A DNA stretch of 64,000 bases from Candidatus Sericytochromatia bacterium (GCA_036676495.1 JAKFCT010000001.1:1-64000), one strand, 5' to 3'; shown: positions 27,952 through 37,533, counted from the stretch's first letter. The notes: generated by a model from the letters alone, not told the origin. Made by a program: numbers and translations.

Positions 27952-28686
27952 ATGACCCGCGACGGCATGGCGCAATTGACCTGGCTCGGTCACTCCGCCT
28001 TCAAGTTAACGACCCCCACCGGGAAAACCCTGCTCATCGACCCGTGGGTCATGGGCAACCCGGCATGCCCCGAGCCCCTCAAAACGGTGGACGCTCTCGA
28101 CGCGATGCTCATCACGCACGGCCACTTCGACCATATCGGAGACGCCGTGGATCTGGGCAAGCGAACGGGCTGCGCCACAGTCGCCATCTTCGAGACGGCG
28201 CACTGGCTGGAAAAGAAGGGCCTCACCGAGACCCGCGGCATGAACAAGGGCGGCACCCAGGAGGTGGCCGACGTCAAAGTCACCATGGTCTCGGCCGACC
28301 ATTCCTGCGGCATCCTGGACGGAGACCAGATCGTCTACGGCGGCGAGGCCGCGGGCTACGTCATCGAGCTTCCCGACGGCTTCACGATCTACCATGCCGG
28401 CGATACCAACGTTTTCGGAGACATGGCCCTGATTGGCGAGCTCTACCGCCCGGACGTCGCGCTCATTCCCATCGGGGGCCACTTCACGATGGGTCCCCGG
28501 GAAGCCGCCAAGGCCATCGAGCTGCTGGGAGTCAAGCAGGTCATCCCCATGCATCACGGCACCTTCCCGGCCCTCCGGGGAACCCCGAAAGCCCTGGCGG
28601 AGCTGACGCGCGAGCGCGGAGTGGCGGTCCATGGCCTCATGCCGGGCGAAACGTTCGTCGCCTCCCGCGCCAAAGCCACGCGCTAG
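27952..28686 (+). CDS. UPF0173-like MBL-fold metal-dependent hydrolase
   Basis: WLGHS, THGHFDH, YHAGDT, PIGGHFTM, IPMH. Confidence 0.9.
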   Translation: MTRDGMAQLTWLGHSAFKLTTPTGKTLLIDPWVMGNPACPEPLKTVDALDAMLITHGHFDHIGDAVDLGKRTGCATVAIFETAHWLEKKGLTETRGMNKGGTQEVADVKVTMVSADHSCGILDGDQIVYGGEAAGYVIELPDGFTIYHAGDTNVFGDMALIGELYRPDVALIPIGGHFTMGPREAAKAIELLGVKQVIPMHHGTFPALRGTPKALAELTRERGVAVHGLMPGETFVASRAKATR

Positions 28687-28771
28687 GCGAGCCTACCGCC
28701 TTGCGGTAAGATCGGCTCAAGGACACGACGCGGCCCCGAGGTTCTCCTCGGGGCCCTTTAAGGGAGGCTCC

Positions 28772-29134
28772 ATGACCGTCACCGTGTACACCAAGAAGGG
28801 ATGCAGCACGTGCACCCAGGCCCGGCGCTGGCTCCAGCAGAAGGGCGTCTCCTTCACCGAGCGGGAACTCTTCGAAGCCCCCCTCAGCGCCGATGAGATC
28901 CAGGCCATGCTAGGCGAACGTCCCGCGTCGGAGTTGCTGTCGACCAAAAGCCCCCGCTTCAAGGCGTTGGGCTTGGCAGGAAAAGCCCTGACGGACGCGG
29001 AGCGCATCCAGTGGATGGCGCAAGAGCTTTACTTGATTCGACGCCCCACGTTTCGGGTCGGCACGGATCTCATCATCGGGCTGGACAAAACGCGGCTGGA
29101 GGCCGCGATCCCATCCCCCCGGACCCCGCGCTGA
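28772..29134 (+). CDS. ArsC/Spx family thioredoxin-fold protein
   Basis: CSTC, LIRRP; RBS GGAGG. Confidence 0.85.
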   Translation: MTVTVYTKKGCSTCTQARRWLQQKGVSFTERELFEAPLSADEIQAMLGERPASELLSTKSPRFKALGLAGKALTDAERIQWMAQELYLIRRPTFRVGTDLIIGLDKTRLEAAIPSPRTPR

Positions 29135-29176
29135 CGGCGTTGCGACCGGCAGTCTTCGCTGCCGGTCGCAACCGTC
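29133..29176 (+). terminator. Strong stem-loop after the ArsC/Spx gene
   Basis: gttgcgaccggcag-tcttcg-ctgccggtcgcaac; no U-tract. Confidence 0.55.
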
Positions 29177-29398
29177 GCGGGGGCTCCCCCGCCGACCCCG
29201 CTCAAAGGCGCCAAGGAAGCGGATTCTGCCGCGGCTTTGGCGCCTTTGCACATGGGCAAACTAACCAAGTTTTCTCCCGAATTAGACTGAATACCGATCG
29301 AACGGCAGCAGGTTAAATTGAGAACACCAACCAAGCTAGGGGTTGGTCCAGCACCGCCGCATCGCTCTAGTACAGCTGTAGAAGAGAAGGAGAAAGCT

Positions 29399-30151
29399 AT
29401 GTCCCGCATCTCGTTCCTCGTCGCCGCCATCGCCGGAACCCTCGCCATCCAAGCCTGCGCCGTCCAGTCTCCCAGCGCCTCCAGCAGCAATCTCAGCTTG
29501 CCCGGCATCGAGCCGGTGGCCGCTTCGGCCACCCAGACGGGCACCGACGTCACGGTCAGCCTCGCGGGCACCAGTTACGCCACGCAGTACGTCAGCGGTG
29601 ACATCGAGGAGATCCTGATCGGCCTCTATGACACGAACCCCGGCAACCCGGTCAACCCCGACTCGGCCGCCAACTTCGCCTTCTCGATCGGGGGTTGGCT
29701 CAAGACGGACAACGCCGCCGCCCATCGGTTCACCGGCGTGGAGTACCCCGTGCCGTACTTCGATGACGTCCGCTACCTCTGTGGCCAAGACATCGACGAT
29801 CCGACTTACCAGCTCCAGAACGGCCGCTACATGATCCGGCGCTTGACCAAGGCGGGTGGAGGCTTCACGTCGCCCACCGTCCACCAGGCCGTGACCTTCT
29901 ACAACATTCCCGACGGCAACTACAAGGTCTTCGCGGTCGCTGCCAAGAGCGGCGTCCTGATCGGCCGCGACGTCAAGCCTCTCGACTTCGACGCCTCGGA
30001 TCGCGTGTTCTATTCCGGCAACTCGGGCCGCAGCTACGTCCGCACCAACCTCGTGCCCGTGCTCAACCTCGTGCTCGATCCCAATCCGGATGTCGAATCG
30101 CACGTCGGCATCGAGGACGATGGCGCGAAGCCCAACTTCGGCAATCCTTAG
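29399..30151 (+). CDS. Hypothetical lipoprotein
   Basis: Lipobox IQAC, RBS AAGGAG, strong codon bias. Confidence 0.75.
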   Translation: MSRISFLVAAIAGTLAIQACAVQSPSASSSNLSLPGIEPVAASATQTGTDVTVSLAGTSYATQYVSGDIEEILIGLYDTNPGNPVNPDSAANFAFSIGGWLKTDNAAAHRFTGVEYPVPYFDDVRYLCGQDIDDPTYQLQNGRYMIRRLTKAGGGFTSPTVHQAVTFYNIPDGNYKVFAVAAKSGVLIGRDVKPLDFDASDRVFYSGNSGRSYVRTNLVPVLNLVLDPNPDVESHVGIEDDGAKPNFGNP

Positions 30152-30198
30152 TCGGCACTCCCCTGACGCCCCAAGCGGGCCAGAAGCGAAACGCCCAC

Positions 30199-30231
30199 TT
30201 CCCCCCGTTCCCGGCATGGGAACGGGGGGAA
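30199..30231. terminator. Terminator hairpin between convergent genes
   Basis: ttccccccgttccc-ggcat-gggaacggggggaa. Confidence 0.75.
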
Positions 30232-30272
30232 ACCGTATGACTGGGGCGGTGCGTCGGAGCGCGCGATTTTTA

Positions 30273-30800
30273 CTAGCGGGTGATCTCGACCTGCAAGGCG
30301 TCGTTGACGCGGTTGAAGTAGTTGAACAAGCCGATGACGGAGACCAACTCCACGATCTCGGAGTCGGTGAAATGGGAGGCGAGCTCGGCCCAAAGCGTGT
30401 CGTCGACCCGCTTCGCGTCCCGCGTCATCTGCTCGGCCAAGGCGAGCGCGGCCTTTTCGGCCGGGGTGAATGCGCCCGAAGCCTCCCAGGCCTCCAGCTC
30501 GGCGATGGTCTCATCGGTGGCGCCCAGCTGCTTCAGCAAGGCCGTATGGGAGGCCAGGCAGTAGGCACAGGCGTTGACCTGGCTGACCCGGACGGTGAGC
30601 ATCTCCTTGAGCCGGACAGGAACCGTCCCGGAGGTGAAGACCGCGCGCATGTGAGCGGCGGCCGTGGTCATGATCGCAGGCACCATGGCCAGCGTGCGAA
30701 ACATGTTGGGGACGTTGCCGCGCTGTGCCTGGAAGGCATCGAAGACGGCCCGGGAGTCGGGATCGACTTCCGCGACCTCGAGGGGGCGAATACGGGGCAT
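30273..30800 (-). CDS. AhpD/CMD-family peroxidase-related protein
   Basis: KEMLTVRVSQVNACAYCLASH, FNYFNR. Confidence 0.88.
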   Translation of the reverse strand: MPRIRPLEVAEVDPDSRAVFDAFQAQRGNVPNMFRTLAMVPAIMTTAAAHMRAVFTSGTVPVRLKEMLTVRVSQVNACAYCLASHTALLKQLGATDETIAELEAWEASGAFTPAEKAALALAEQMTRDAKRVDDTLWAELASHFTDSEIVELVSVIGLFNYFNRVNDALQVEITR

Positions 30801-30810
30801 GGGGGCTCCT

Positions 30811-31743
30811 TTACTTGAGGGGGATTCCGGCGGCCTGCGCCGCGTTCTTCAGTTGTTCCAACCCGTCGGCGGGCCGCAGGATCGTGATCGCTTCCGCGGT
30901 CTTGCGCGGATCGATGCCGCCGTAGACGATGCCCTCGATCAGCTTGCTGGACTCCTTGGGGCCGATGTTCTCCTTGACGATCCGGTTGACCGTGAGGTGA
31001 GGAAGATCGAAGTAGGTGACGCGCGACTCCTTGAACGCCTCGCGAGCATTCAGGCGCTTGGCGAAGAAGTTGTGGTTGCCGTCCGAGAAGAGGACCCGGC
31101 CCGCCAGTTCGGCCTCCTTGTACTGGACCGTGAGGTTTCCGTACTTGGCGATGTCCTGGGCGTACTTCTTGTTGCCGCCCACCGTGACATAGAGCGGATT
31201 GTGCTCGCGTAGTCCCAGGCGGATATCCGCCAGGTTGCGGCCCGCGACGTAGGAGACGCCCTTGCTGTCGATCTGGGTTTTCAAGGGCAGATCGTAGAGC
31301 GAGCGAATCTTCCCTTCGTTGAGCGCGTTGCTGAAGGAGAGGTTGGTGTAATTGGCCGCGATGACCTGCTGCTTCTTGAAATGCGTGATGAGGGCGTCGT
31401 ACTTCGCCTCGGCCTTGACGCGACTGCCGAATTTCTCGGTAAGGATGCCGAGGGTCTCTTCCTTGTAGCGCGCGGCGTTGGCCTTGCTCTGCTTCCAGGC
31501 GGCGGCGACCTCGGGGTGGAGCTCGATGCGCGTGGCCTTCACGGGGCGGAACTCGGTCTTGACGAGCTTGAGCTTCTTGCCTTCGATGAGCTGGCGGGCA
31601 GACTCGGAGACGAAGAGGGAGTCCTTGGCGACCTTGCCCGCGATTTCGCGCGTTGCCGTCTTGGCCGCATCGTCGCTCACCGAGCTGAACGACTGGCGCA
31701 TCCAGGTCCGAAGGCCTTCCATCCCCTGACGCACGACGCTCAT
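30811..31743 (-). CDS. Hypothetical effector-like protein; C-terminal half resembles DUF3626/ADP-ribosyltransferase fold
   Basis: RBS AGGAGGT; P-x-Y, YG, R-x-x-F and IEGIVYGGI motifs; low-complexity N-terminus. Confidence 0.6.
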   Translation of the reverse strand: MSVVRQGMEGLRTWMRQSFSSVSDDAAKTATREIAGKVAKDSLFVSESARQLIEGKKLKLVKTEFRPVKATRIELHPEVAAAWKQSKANAARYKEETLGILTEKFGSRVKAEAKYDALITHFKKQQVIAANYTNLSFSNALNEGKIRSLYDLPLKTQIDSKGVSYVAGRNLADIRLGLREHNPLYVTVGGNKKYAQDIAKYGNLTVQYKEAELAGRVLFSDGNHNFFAKRLNAREAFKESRVTYFDLPHLTVNRIVKENIGPKESSKLIEGIVYGGIDPRKTAEAITILRPADGLEQLKNAAQAAGIPLK

Positions 31744-31782
31744 CGTCACCTCCTGCAAACAGCTTCTTAACGATCTCTGTAC

Positions 31783-31809
31783 CTATCGACCGAGGAGGGG
31801 AGAACTTTC
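31783..31809 (-). promoter_or_regulatory. Sigma28 (FliA)-like promoter
   Basis: GAAA-N15-GTCGATAG versus consensus TAAA-N15-GCCGATAA. Confidence 0.6.
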
Positions 31810-32121
31810 TTGTCGACGCTCTAAGAATGCTTTAAGGCTCCGAGCCGAAGGACGGACAGTGAGCGACGGAGCGGGTTGACCCTGGAACGAAACCCGATCA
31901 ATAGCTTAAAGATGCGCTAAGTAGTTTTCTCTGTTATCCTCTACACAGGCAACGGCGCCATCCTCCGGTGGGACTCAGAGGGCTCGAGAGGTTCAGGACC
32001 TCCGGGCTTGCGCTTTGCCGAACTTCATCAAAGCGTGTTACGATCCACCGGCAGGCTGGTATCGTCGCAAGGTACGTAAAACGGGGCCTTCAGGCCTCAT
32101 GTCGTCAAAGGAGCTTTCCCC

Positions 32122-33141
32122 ATGGTGGATAAGCAGACCGCCCTGGATTGGTACCGCCAGATGGTGCTGATCCGGCGCTTCGAGGAGAAGTGCGCCGAGG
32201 GATACGCCTACGCGAAGATTGGCGGCTTCCTTCACCTCTACATCGGTCAGGAAGCCGTCGCGGTGGGTGCGATCAACGCGCTCAACGACGATGATGACAT
32301 CGTCACCCACTACCGCGATCACGGGCATGCGATCGCCCGGGGCCTCGACAGCAACGGCCTGATGGCCGAGCTTTACGGCAAGGAAACCGGATGCAGCAAG
32401 GGCCGCGGCGGCTCGATGCACCTCGCCGATGCCTCCAAGCACATGTGGGGAGGCTACGCCCTGGTTGGCGCCCACCTGCCCCTGGCCGTGGGCATGGCCA
32501 TGCGGCACCAGTACACCGGTAGCAAGCAGGTCGCCATCGCCTTCTTCGGCGACGGCAGCACCAACAACGGTGGCTTCCACGAGTCGCTCAACATGGCGGC
32601 CGTCTACAAGCTCCCCGTGATCTTCATGATCGAGAACAACCTCTACTCGATGGGCGTGGCCATCCACCGCGACTCGGCAATCGAGGATCTCCACAAGCGC
32701 TCCGTCGCTTACGGCATCCACGGCGAGGCCGTCGACGGCATGGATCCCCTGGCGATGTACGAGGCCACCCAGCGGGCGGCCGAGCGCTGCCGCAACGGCG
32801 AAGGCCCGGTGCTGCTGGAGGCCAAGACCTACCGCTTCCGCGGGCACTCCATGGCCGACCCCGAGTACTACCGCAACAAGGAAGAAGTCGAGTTCTGGCG
32901 CCAGCGCGACCCGATCGCCAACTGGAAGAAGAAGCTTCTCGACGACGGCATCGCCACCGAGGACGAGCTCAAGGCCCTCGACGAGTCCGTGGAGCGGGAA
33001 ATGGACGAGGCGGTGCGCTTCGCGGACGAGAGCCCCGATCCGGCGCTGTCCACGCTCTGCGATTACCTGTACGCGACCCCCGTGGAGAACGGCGACCTCT
33101 GCCGTCAACAGCAGGCTGACAAGCCTGACTACGCCCAATAG
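32122..33141 (+). CDS. pdhA: Pyruvate dehydrogenase E1 alpha
   Basis: GFLHLYIGQEA, GRGGSMH, GDG...ENN, YRFRGHSMADP. Confidence 0.96.
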   Translation: MVDKQTALDWYRQMVLIRRFEEKCAEGYAYAKIGGFLHLYIGQEAVAVGAINALNDDDDIVTHYRDHGHAIARGLDSNGLMAELYGKETGCSKGRGGSMHLADASKHMWGGYALVGAHLPLAVGMAMRHQYTGSKQVAIAFFGDGSTNNGGFHESLNMAAVYKLPVIFMIENNLYSMGVAIHRDSAIEDLHKRSVAYGIHGEAVDGMDPLAMYEATQRAAERCRNGEGPVLLEAKTYRFRGHSMADPEYYRNKEEVEFWRQRDPIANWKKKLLDDGIATEDELKALDESVEREMDEAVRFADESPDPALSTLCDYLYATPVENGDLCRQQQADKPDYAQ

Positions 33142-33153
33142 GAGAGCCTCGCC

Positions 33154-34125
33154 ATGCCCGTCATTACTTACCGTGAAGCCCTGCGCCAGGCCCTGCGCGA
33201 GGAAATGCTCCGCGACGACTCCGTCTTCATCCTGGGCGAGGACATCGCCTACTACGGCGGATCTTACGGCGTGACCAAGGGATTCGTCGAAGAGTTCGGC
33301 GAGAAGCGGATCAAGGACACCCCGATCTCGGAGACCGCGATCATCGGTGCCGCCACCGGCGCCGCCATGACCGGCCTGCGCCCGATCGCCGAGATCATGA
33401 GCTTCAACTTCATCCTCCAGGCGATGGATCAGATCGTCAACCACTCGGCGAAGATCCACTACATGTTCGGCGGCCAGATGCAGGTGCCCATGGTCATCCG
33501 CACCCCGGCCGGCTGGAGCCAGCTGTCTGCGACCCACTCCCAGACGCTCGAGCCCCTGTTCGCCTACATCCCCGGCCTCAAGGTCGTCATGCCCAGCACC
33601 CCCTATGATGCGAAGGGCCTCCTGAAGGCCGCCATCCGGGACAACGACCCGGTGCTCTTCATCGAGCACGCGCTGATCTACGCCACCAAGGGCGAGGTCC
33701 CCGAAGAGGAGTACGTCATTCCCATCGGCAAGTCGGTCGTGCGCCGGCCCGGCAAGGACGTCACCATCGTCTCCTTCTCGCGCATGGCGCTGGAATCGGT
33801 GGCGGCGGCCGAGGAGCTGGCCAAAGAAGGCATCGACTGCGAGATCATCGACCTTCGCTCCCTGCGTCCGCTGGACATGGGTCCGGTGCTCGAGTCGCTG
33901 AAGAAGACCAACCGGGTGGTCGTGGCCGAAGAGGGCTGGAAGTCCCACGGCATCGGCGCCGAGGTCTCCGCGCGCATCATGGAAGAGGGCTTCGACTTCC
34001 TCGACGCTCCGGTCAAGCGCGTGGCGGGCATCGAGATTCCCGATCCCTACAACAAGCACCTCGAGTACCAGGCTTTCCCCCACAAGGCGGACGTCATCAA
34101 GGCCGTGCGGGAAGTTCTCAAGTAG
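33154..34125 (+). CDS. pdhB: Pyruvate dehydrogenase E1 beta
   Basis: DTPISE, ATHSQ, DLRSLRPLD, FDFLDAP. Confidence 0.96.
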   Translation: MPVITYREALRQALREEMLRDDSVFILGEDIAYYGGSYGVTKGFVEEFGEKRIKDTPISETAIIGAATGAAMTGLRPIAEIMSFNFILQAMDQIVNHSAKIHYMFGGQMQVPMVIRTPAGWSQLSATHSQTLEPLFAYIPGLKVVMPSTPYDAKGLLKAAIRDNDPVLFIEHALIYATKGEVPEEEYVIPIGKSVVRRPGKDVTIVSFSRMALESVAAAEELAKEGIDCEIIDLRSLRPLDMGPVLESLKKTNRVVVAEEGWKSHGIGAEVSARIMEEGFDFLDAPVKRVAGIEIPDPYNKHLEYQAFPHKADVIKAVREVLK

Positions 34126-34151
34126 CCCAAGTCAACATAAAGAGGTAAATC

Positions 34152-35489
34152 ATGGCCACGAACGTGCTCATGCCCAAGATGGGCTACGACATGACCGAGG
34201 GGAAGATTCTCCGCTGGCTCAAGCAGGAAGGCGATGCCGTCAACAAGGGCGAGCCGATCGCCGAAATCCAGACCGACAAGGTGAACATCGAAATCGAAGC
34301 GTTCGCCGGGGGCGTGCTCGCCAAGATCCTTCACGGGGCTGACGAGGACGTGGCGGTCGGCGAGGTCATCGGCATCATCGCCGCGCCGGGCGAGAAGGTG
34401 GAAGCTCCCAGCAAGGCCCCCAGCGCGGGGCAGGCGCTCGCCAACAACGGCTCGGGCCTCGACATGGCCCAGTCCGGCGAAGGCGGCGAGGCCGTCGGCC
34501 TTGGAGTCGGCGCCGGAACGGGCGCCAAGGCCAACGCGACCGTCGCCCCCTCGGCGGCGATCGAAGAGCCCAGCCGGGTCAAGCAGGCCAACGCCGACGC
34601 CCAGCGGGCAGCCGAGGGAGCTCATGCTCCGGCTCGCCGCGAGGGCGAGCGCGTGAAGGCTTCGCCCCTGGCCAAGAAGATGGCCGCCGCTCAGGGCGTC
34701 GAACTGGCAGAAGTGCCGGGGACGGGCCCTGGAGGCCGGATCGTCAAGCGGGACGTCGAGGGCTACAAGCCGGTCCAGAAGCCCGCGGCGTTCGTGCCCC
34801 AGGCCGCGGTCACCGAGGTGCCCCTCACCCGGATGCGTCAGGCGATCGCCCGCAGGCTCTCCGAGAGCAAGCAGACCGCCCCGCACTTCTACGTCACCAA
34901 GGCCATCGACATGACGGAGGCCGTCGCCTTCCGCGCCCAGGTCAACCAGACCTTGACCGGCGCCCAGAAGGTCTCCTTCAACGACATGGTCATCAAGGCC
35001 GTCGCCAAGGCCCTCAAGGCGTTCCCCAACGTCAACGCCTCCTGGGCCGAGGACCGGATCGTCCAGCATGAGGTCATCAACGTCGGCATGGCCGTCGCGC
35101 TGCCCGAAGGCCTGGTCGTTCCCGTCATCACCGATGCCTACGGCAAGACCCTGTCGCAGATCGCCGAGTCCGCCAAGGACCTGGCGGCTCGCGCCAAGGA
35201 GAACCGCCTGCGTCCCGACGAGTTCTCGGGCGGCACCTGCACCATCAGCAACCTCGGCATGTTCGACGTCGAGTCCTTCACCGCCATCATCAACCCGCCG
35301 GAGTCGGCGATCCTGGCGGTCGGCTCCATCGTCAAGGAGCCCGTGGTCATCAACGACGAAGTGGTCGTGCGCTCGATGATGCGCATCACCATCTCCAGCG
35401 ATCACCGGGTGATCGACGGGGCGCTCGCGGCTCAGTTCCTCGGTGAGGTCAAGCGCCTCCTCGAGACTCCGCTGCTCTTGGTGGTGTAG
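34152..35489 (+). CDS. pdhC: Dihydrolipoamide acetyltransferase E2
   Basis: Lipoyl motif TDKV, E3-binding ASPLA...GTGPGGRI, catalytic DHRVIDG. Confidence 0.95.
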   Translation: MATNVLMPKMGYDMTEGKILRWLKQEGDAVNKGEPIAEIQTDKVNIEIEAFAGGVLAKILHGADEDVAVGEVIGIIAAPGEKVEAPSKAPSAGQALANNGSGLDMAQSGEGGEAVGLGVGAGTGAKANATVAPSAAIEEPSRVKQANADAQRAAEGAHAPARREGERVKASPLAKKMAAAQGVELAEVPGTGPGGRIVKRDVEGYKPVQKPAAFVPQAAVTEVPLTRMRQAIARRLSESKQTAPHFYVTKAIDMTEAVAFRAQVNQTLTGAQKVSFNDMVIKAVAKALKAFPNVNASWAEDRIVQHEVINVGMAVALPEGLVVPVITDAYGKTLSQIAESAKDLAARAKENRLRPDEFSGGTCTISNLGMFDVESFTAIINPPESAILAVGSIVKEPVVINDEVVVRSMMRITISSDHRVIDGALAAQFLGEVKRLLETPLLLVV

Positions 35490-35491
35490 TC

Positions 35492-36889
35492 ATGAGCCAG
35501 TACGACGTCGTCGTGATCGGCGCGGGCCCCGGCGGATACGTTTCCGCCATCCGCGCCGCCCAGCTGGGTCTCAAGACCGCGGTGATCGAGGACTCCAAGA
35601 TCGCCGGCCTCGGAGGCGTCTGCAACCAGTGGGGTTGCATTCCCTCCAAGGCGGTCCTCAAGAACGCCACCGTCCTCCACACCATCAAGCACGCCGAGGC
35701 CTTCGGGATCACGGTGGAGGGCGTGAAGGCGGATTACTCCAAGGCCATCGATCGCTCCAAGAAGATCGTCGACACCCAGGCCAAGGGCGTCGGCTTCCTC
35801 TTCCGCAAGAACAAGATCGACCTAATCGAGGAGCGCGGCCGCCTTGCCGGCAAGGGCAAGATCAAGCTCGAGCCCTCCGGCAAGGAGATCACGGCCAAGC
35901 ACATCATCCTGGCGACCGGTTCGCGCCCGCGGGTCTTCTTCGACATGAAGCCCGACGGCAAGGTGGTCTTCACCGCCAAGGAGTTCCTGTCGATGCGGGA
36001 CGTCCCCTCCAGCATGATCGTGCTGGGGGCCGGCGCCATCGGCATGGAGTTCGCCTACGTGCTCCAGAACTACGGCTGTCAGGTCACCATCCTCGAGATG
36101 GCCGATCGCCTGCTGCCCAAGGAAGACCCCGAGATCTCGCAGGAGATTGAAAAGGCCTTCAAGAAGCTGGGCGTGAAGTTCCACACCAAGTGCAAGGTCG
36201 ACAAGGTCGAGCAGAAGGCCGACGGCGTCACGGTGCATGTCACCGCGGCCGACGGTTCGAAGCAGACGTTCGAGGCCCCCCGCTTGCTCTCGGCCACGGG
36301 CATCATCCCCAACTCCCAGAACCTCGGTCTCGAGGAAACGGGGGTCAAGACGAATGCCCAGGGCTTCGTCGAGGTCGACGCGTCGATGCGGACCAACGTC
36401 GCGGGCGTCTACGCCATCGGCGATCTCACGGGCAAGTATCCGCTCGCCCATGTCGCGTCCGCGCAGGGCATCGTCTGCGTCGAGAAGATTGCGGGCCACC
36501 ACCCGCAGCCGCTCGACTACAACAAGATGCCTTCGGCGACCTACTGCGAGCCGCAGGTGGCCTCGATCGGCCTCACCGAGCCCGACGCCAAGGCCAAGGG
36601 ATATGACGTGAAGGTCGGCAAGTTCCCCTTCCGTCCCAACGGCAAGGCGCAGGGAATCGGGGAGATCGACGGTTTCATCAAGTTCGTGGTCGACGCCAAG
36701 TACGGCGAGATCCTGGGCATCCATATGGTGGGGCCCGAGGTCACGGAGATCCTGGGCGAAGCGAGCCTCGCGATGAACCTCGAGGCCACGGCCGAAGAGG
36801 TGGATATCACGGTGCACGCGCACCCGACCCTCTCCGAGGTGTTCAAGGAGGCGGCCTTGGCCGCCGTCGGTCAACCGATCCACATGTAG
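35492..36889 (+). CDS. lpdA: Dihydrolipoamide dehydrogenase E3
   Basis: GAGPGG, GGVCNQWGCIPSK, HAHPTLSE. Confidence 0.96.
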   Translation: MSQYDVVVIGAGPGGYVSAIRAAQLGLKTAVIEDSKIAGLGGVCNQWGCIPSKAVLKNATVLHTIKHAEAFGITVEGVKADYSKAIDRSKKIVDTQAKGVGFLFRKNKIDLIEERGRLAGKGKIKLEPSGKEITAKHIILATGSRPRVFFDMKPDGKVVFTAKEFLSMRDVPSSMIVLGAGAIGMEFAYVLQNYGCQVTILEMADRLLPKEDPEISQEIEKAFKKLGVKFHTKCKVDKVEQKADGVTVHVTAADGSKQTFEAPRLLSATGIIPNSQNLGLEETGVKTNAQGFVEVDASMRTNVAGVYAIGDLTGKYPLAHVASAQGIVCVEKIAGHHPQPLDYNKMPSATYCEPQVASIGLTEPDAKAKGYDVKVGKFPFRPNGKAQGIGEIDGFIKFVVDAKYGEILGIHMVGPEVTEILGEASLAMNLEATAEEVDITVHAHPTLSEVFKEAALAAVGQPIHM

Positions 36890-37009
36890 CCCTCAGGAGC
36901 TGCCGGGAGGCGGCCTTGGCCGCCGTCGGTCAACCGATCCACATGTAGCCCTCAGAAGCTACCGGGAGGCAGCGCTAGCTGCCGTCGGTCAACCGATCCC
37001 CATGTAGCC
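36847..37009 (+). repeat. 59-bp tandem repeat (about 2.8 copies) made of the lpdA 3' end plus 16 nt downstream
   Basis: Copies start at 36847, 36906 and 36965; each contains gtcggtcaaccgatcc..atgtagcc. Confidence 0.95.
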
Positions 37010-37034
37010 GCGGCTCACCGGAGCGCGATTCCGC

Positions 37035-37067
37035 GAGAAGGTCCCCCCGTTTCGGGGGGACCTTCTC
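37035..37067. terminator. Bidirectional terminator hairpin
   Basis: gagaaggtccccccg-ttt-cggggggaccttctc, a 15-bp perfect stem. Confidence 0.8.
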
Positions 37068-37520
37068 TCAGCTCCAGGGCAACTGCGCGGGCTGTGATTC
37101 ACCTGGCGTCGATTGGCGACGCTCCCGCTGCTCTCTCAGCAGCGCCAGTTCGGTCTCGATGGCGTCGAGCCTCGCCGCGAACTCGTCCTGCCGGCGGTTC
37201 GCCCGCACGGCCAGGATGGTCGAGACCGTCGTCAGCCCGACCACCACTGCGGCGGGAATCACCGGAATGGCCGGAAAGAAGGGAATCACCGATTCGAGCT
37301 TCCGGCTCTTCTTCCATTCCCGGCTCGCGGTTTTCCGCAAGGGCTTGGCGGTATGCCGGGCCTCACGAACGCCGCGCGACCAGCTCGTACGCAGCCAGTG
37401 CTGCGCCCGATCCATGCCCCGGGTAATCAGCTGGTCTCCGACCATGGAGACCAGCAACGCAGGAACGGCGGTAGTCAAACGATCCGTCGGGCTGCGCCGA
37501 CGGTTCAAGATCGTGGCCAT
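37068..37520 (-). CDS. Hypothetical membrane protein with C-terminal coiled coil
   Basis: RBS AAAGGAGGT; one hydrophobic segment. Confidence 0.65.
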   Translation of the reverse strand: MATILNRRRSPTDRLTTAVPALLVSMVGDQLITRGMDRAQHWLRTSWSRGVREARHTAKPLRKTASREWKKSRKLESVIPFFPAIPVIPAAVVVGLTTVSTILAVRANRRQDEFAARLDAIETELALLREQRERRQSTPGESQPAQLPWS

Positions 37521-37533
37521 CGGCCACCTCCTT

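Noticed and set aside
31860-32121. TPP riboswitch upstream of pdhA
   Set aside because: The conserved CUGAGA and downstream TPP-aptamer elements are absent.
36847-37009. Diversity-generating retroelement TR/VR pair or prophage att site
   Set aside because: Differences are not confined to adenines of one template, there is no reverse transcriptase or integrase, and the copies are directly adjacent.
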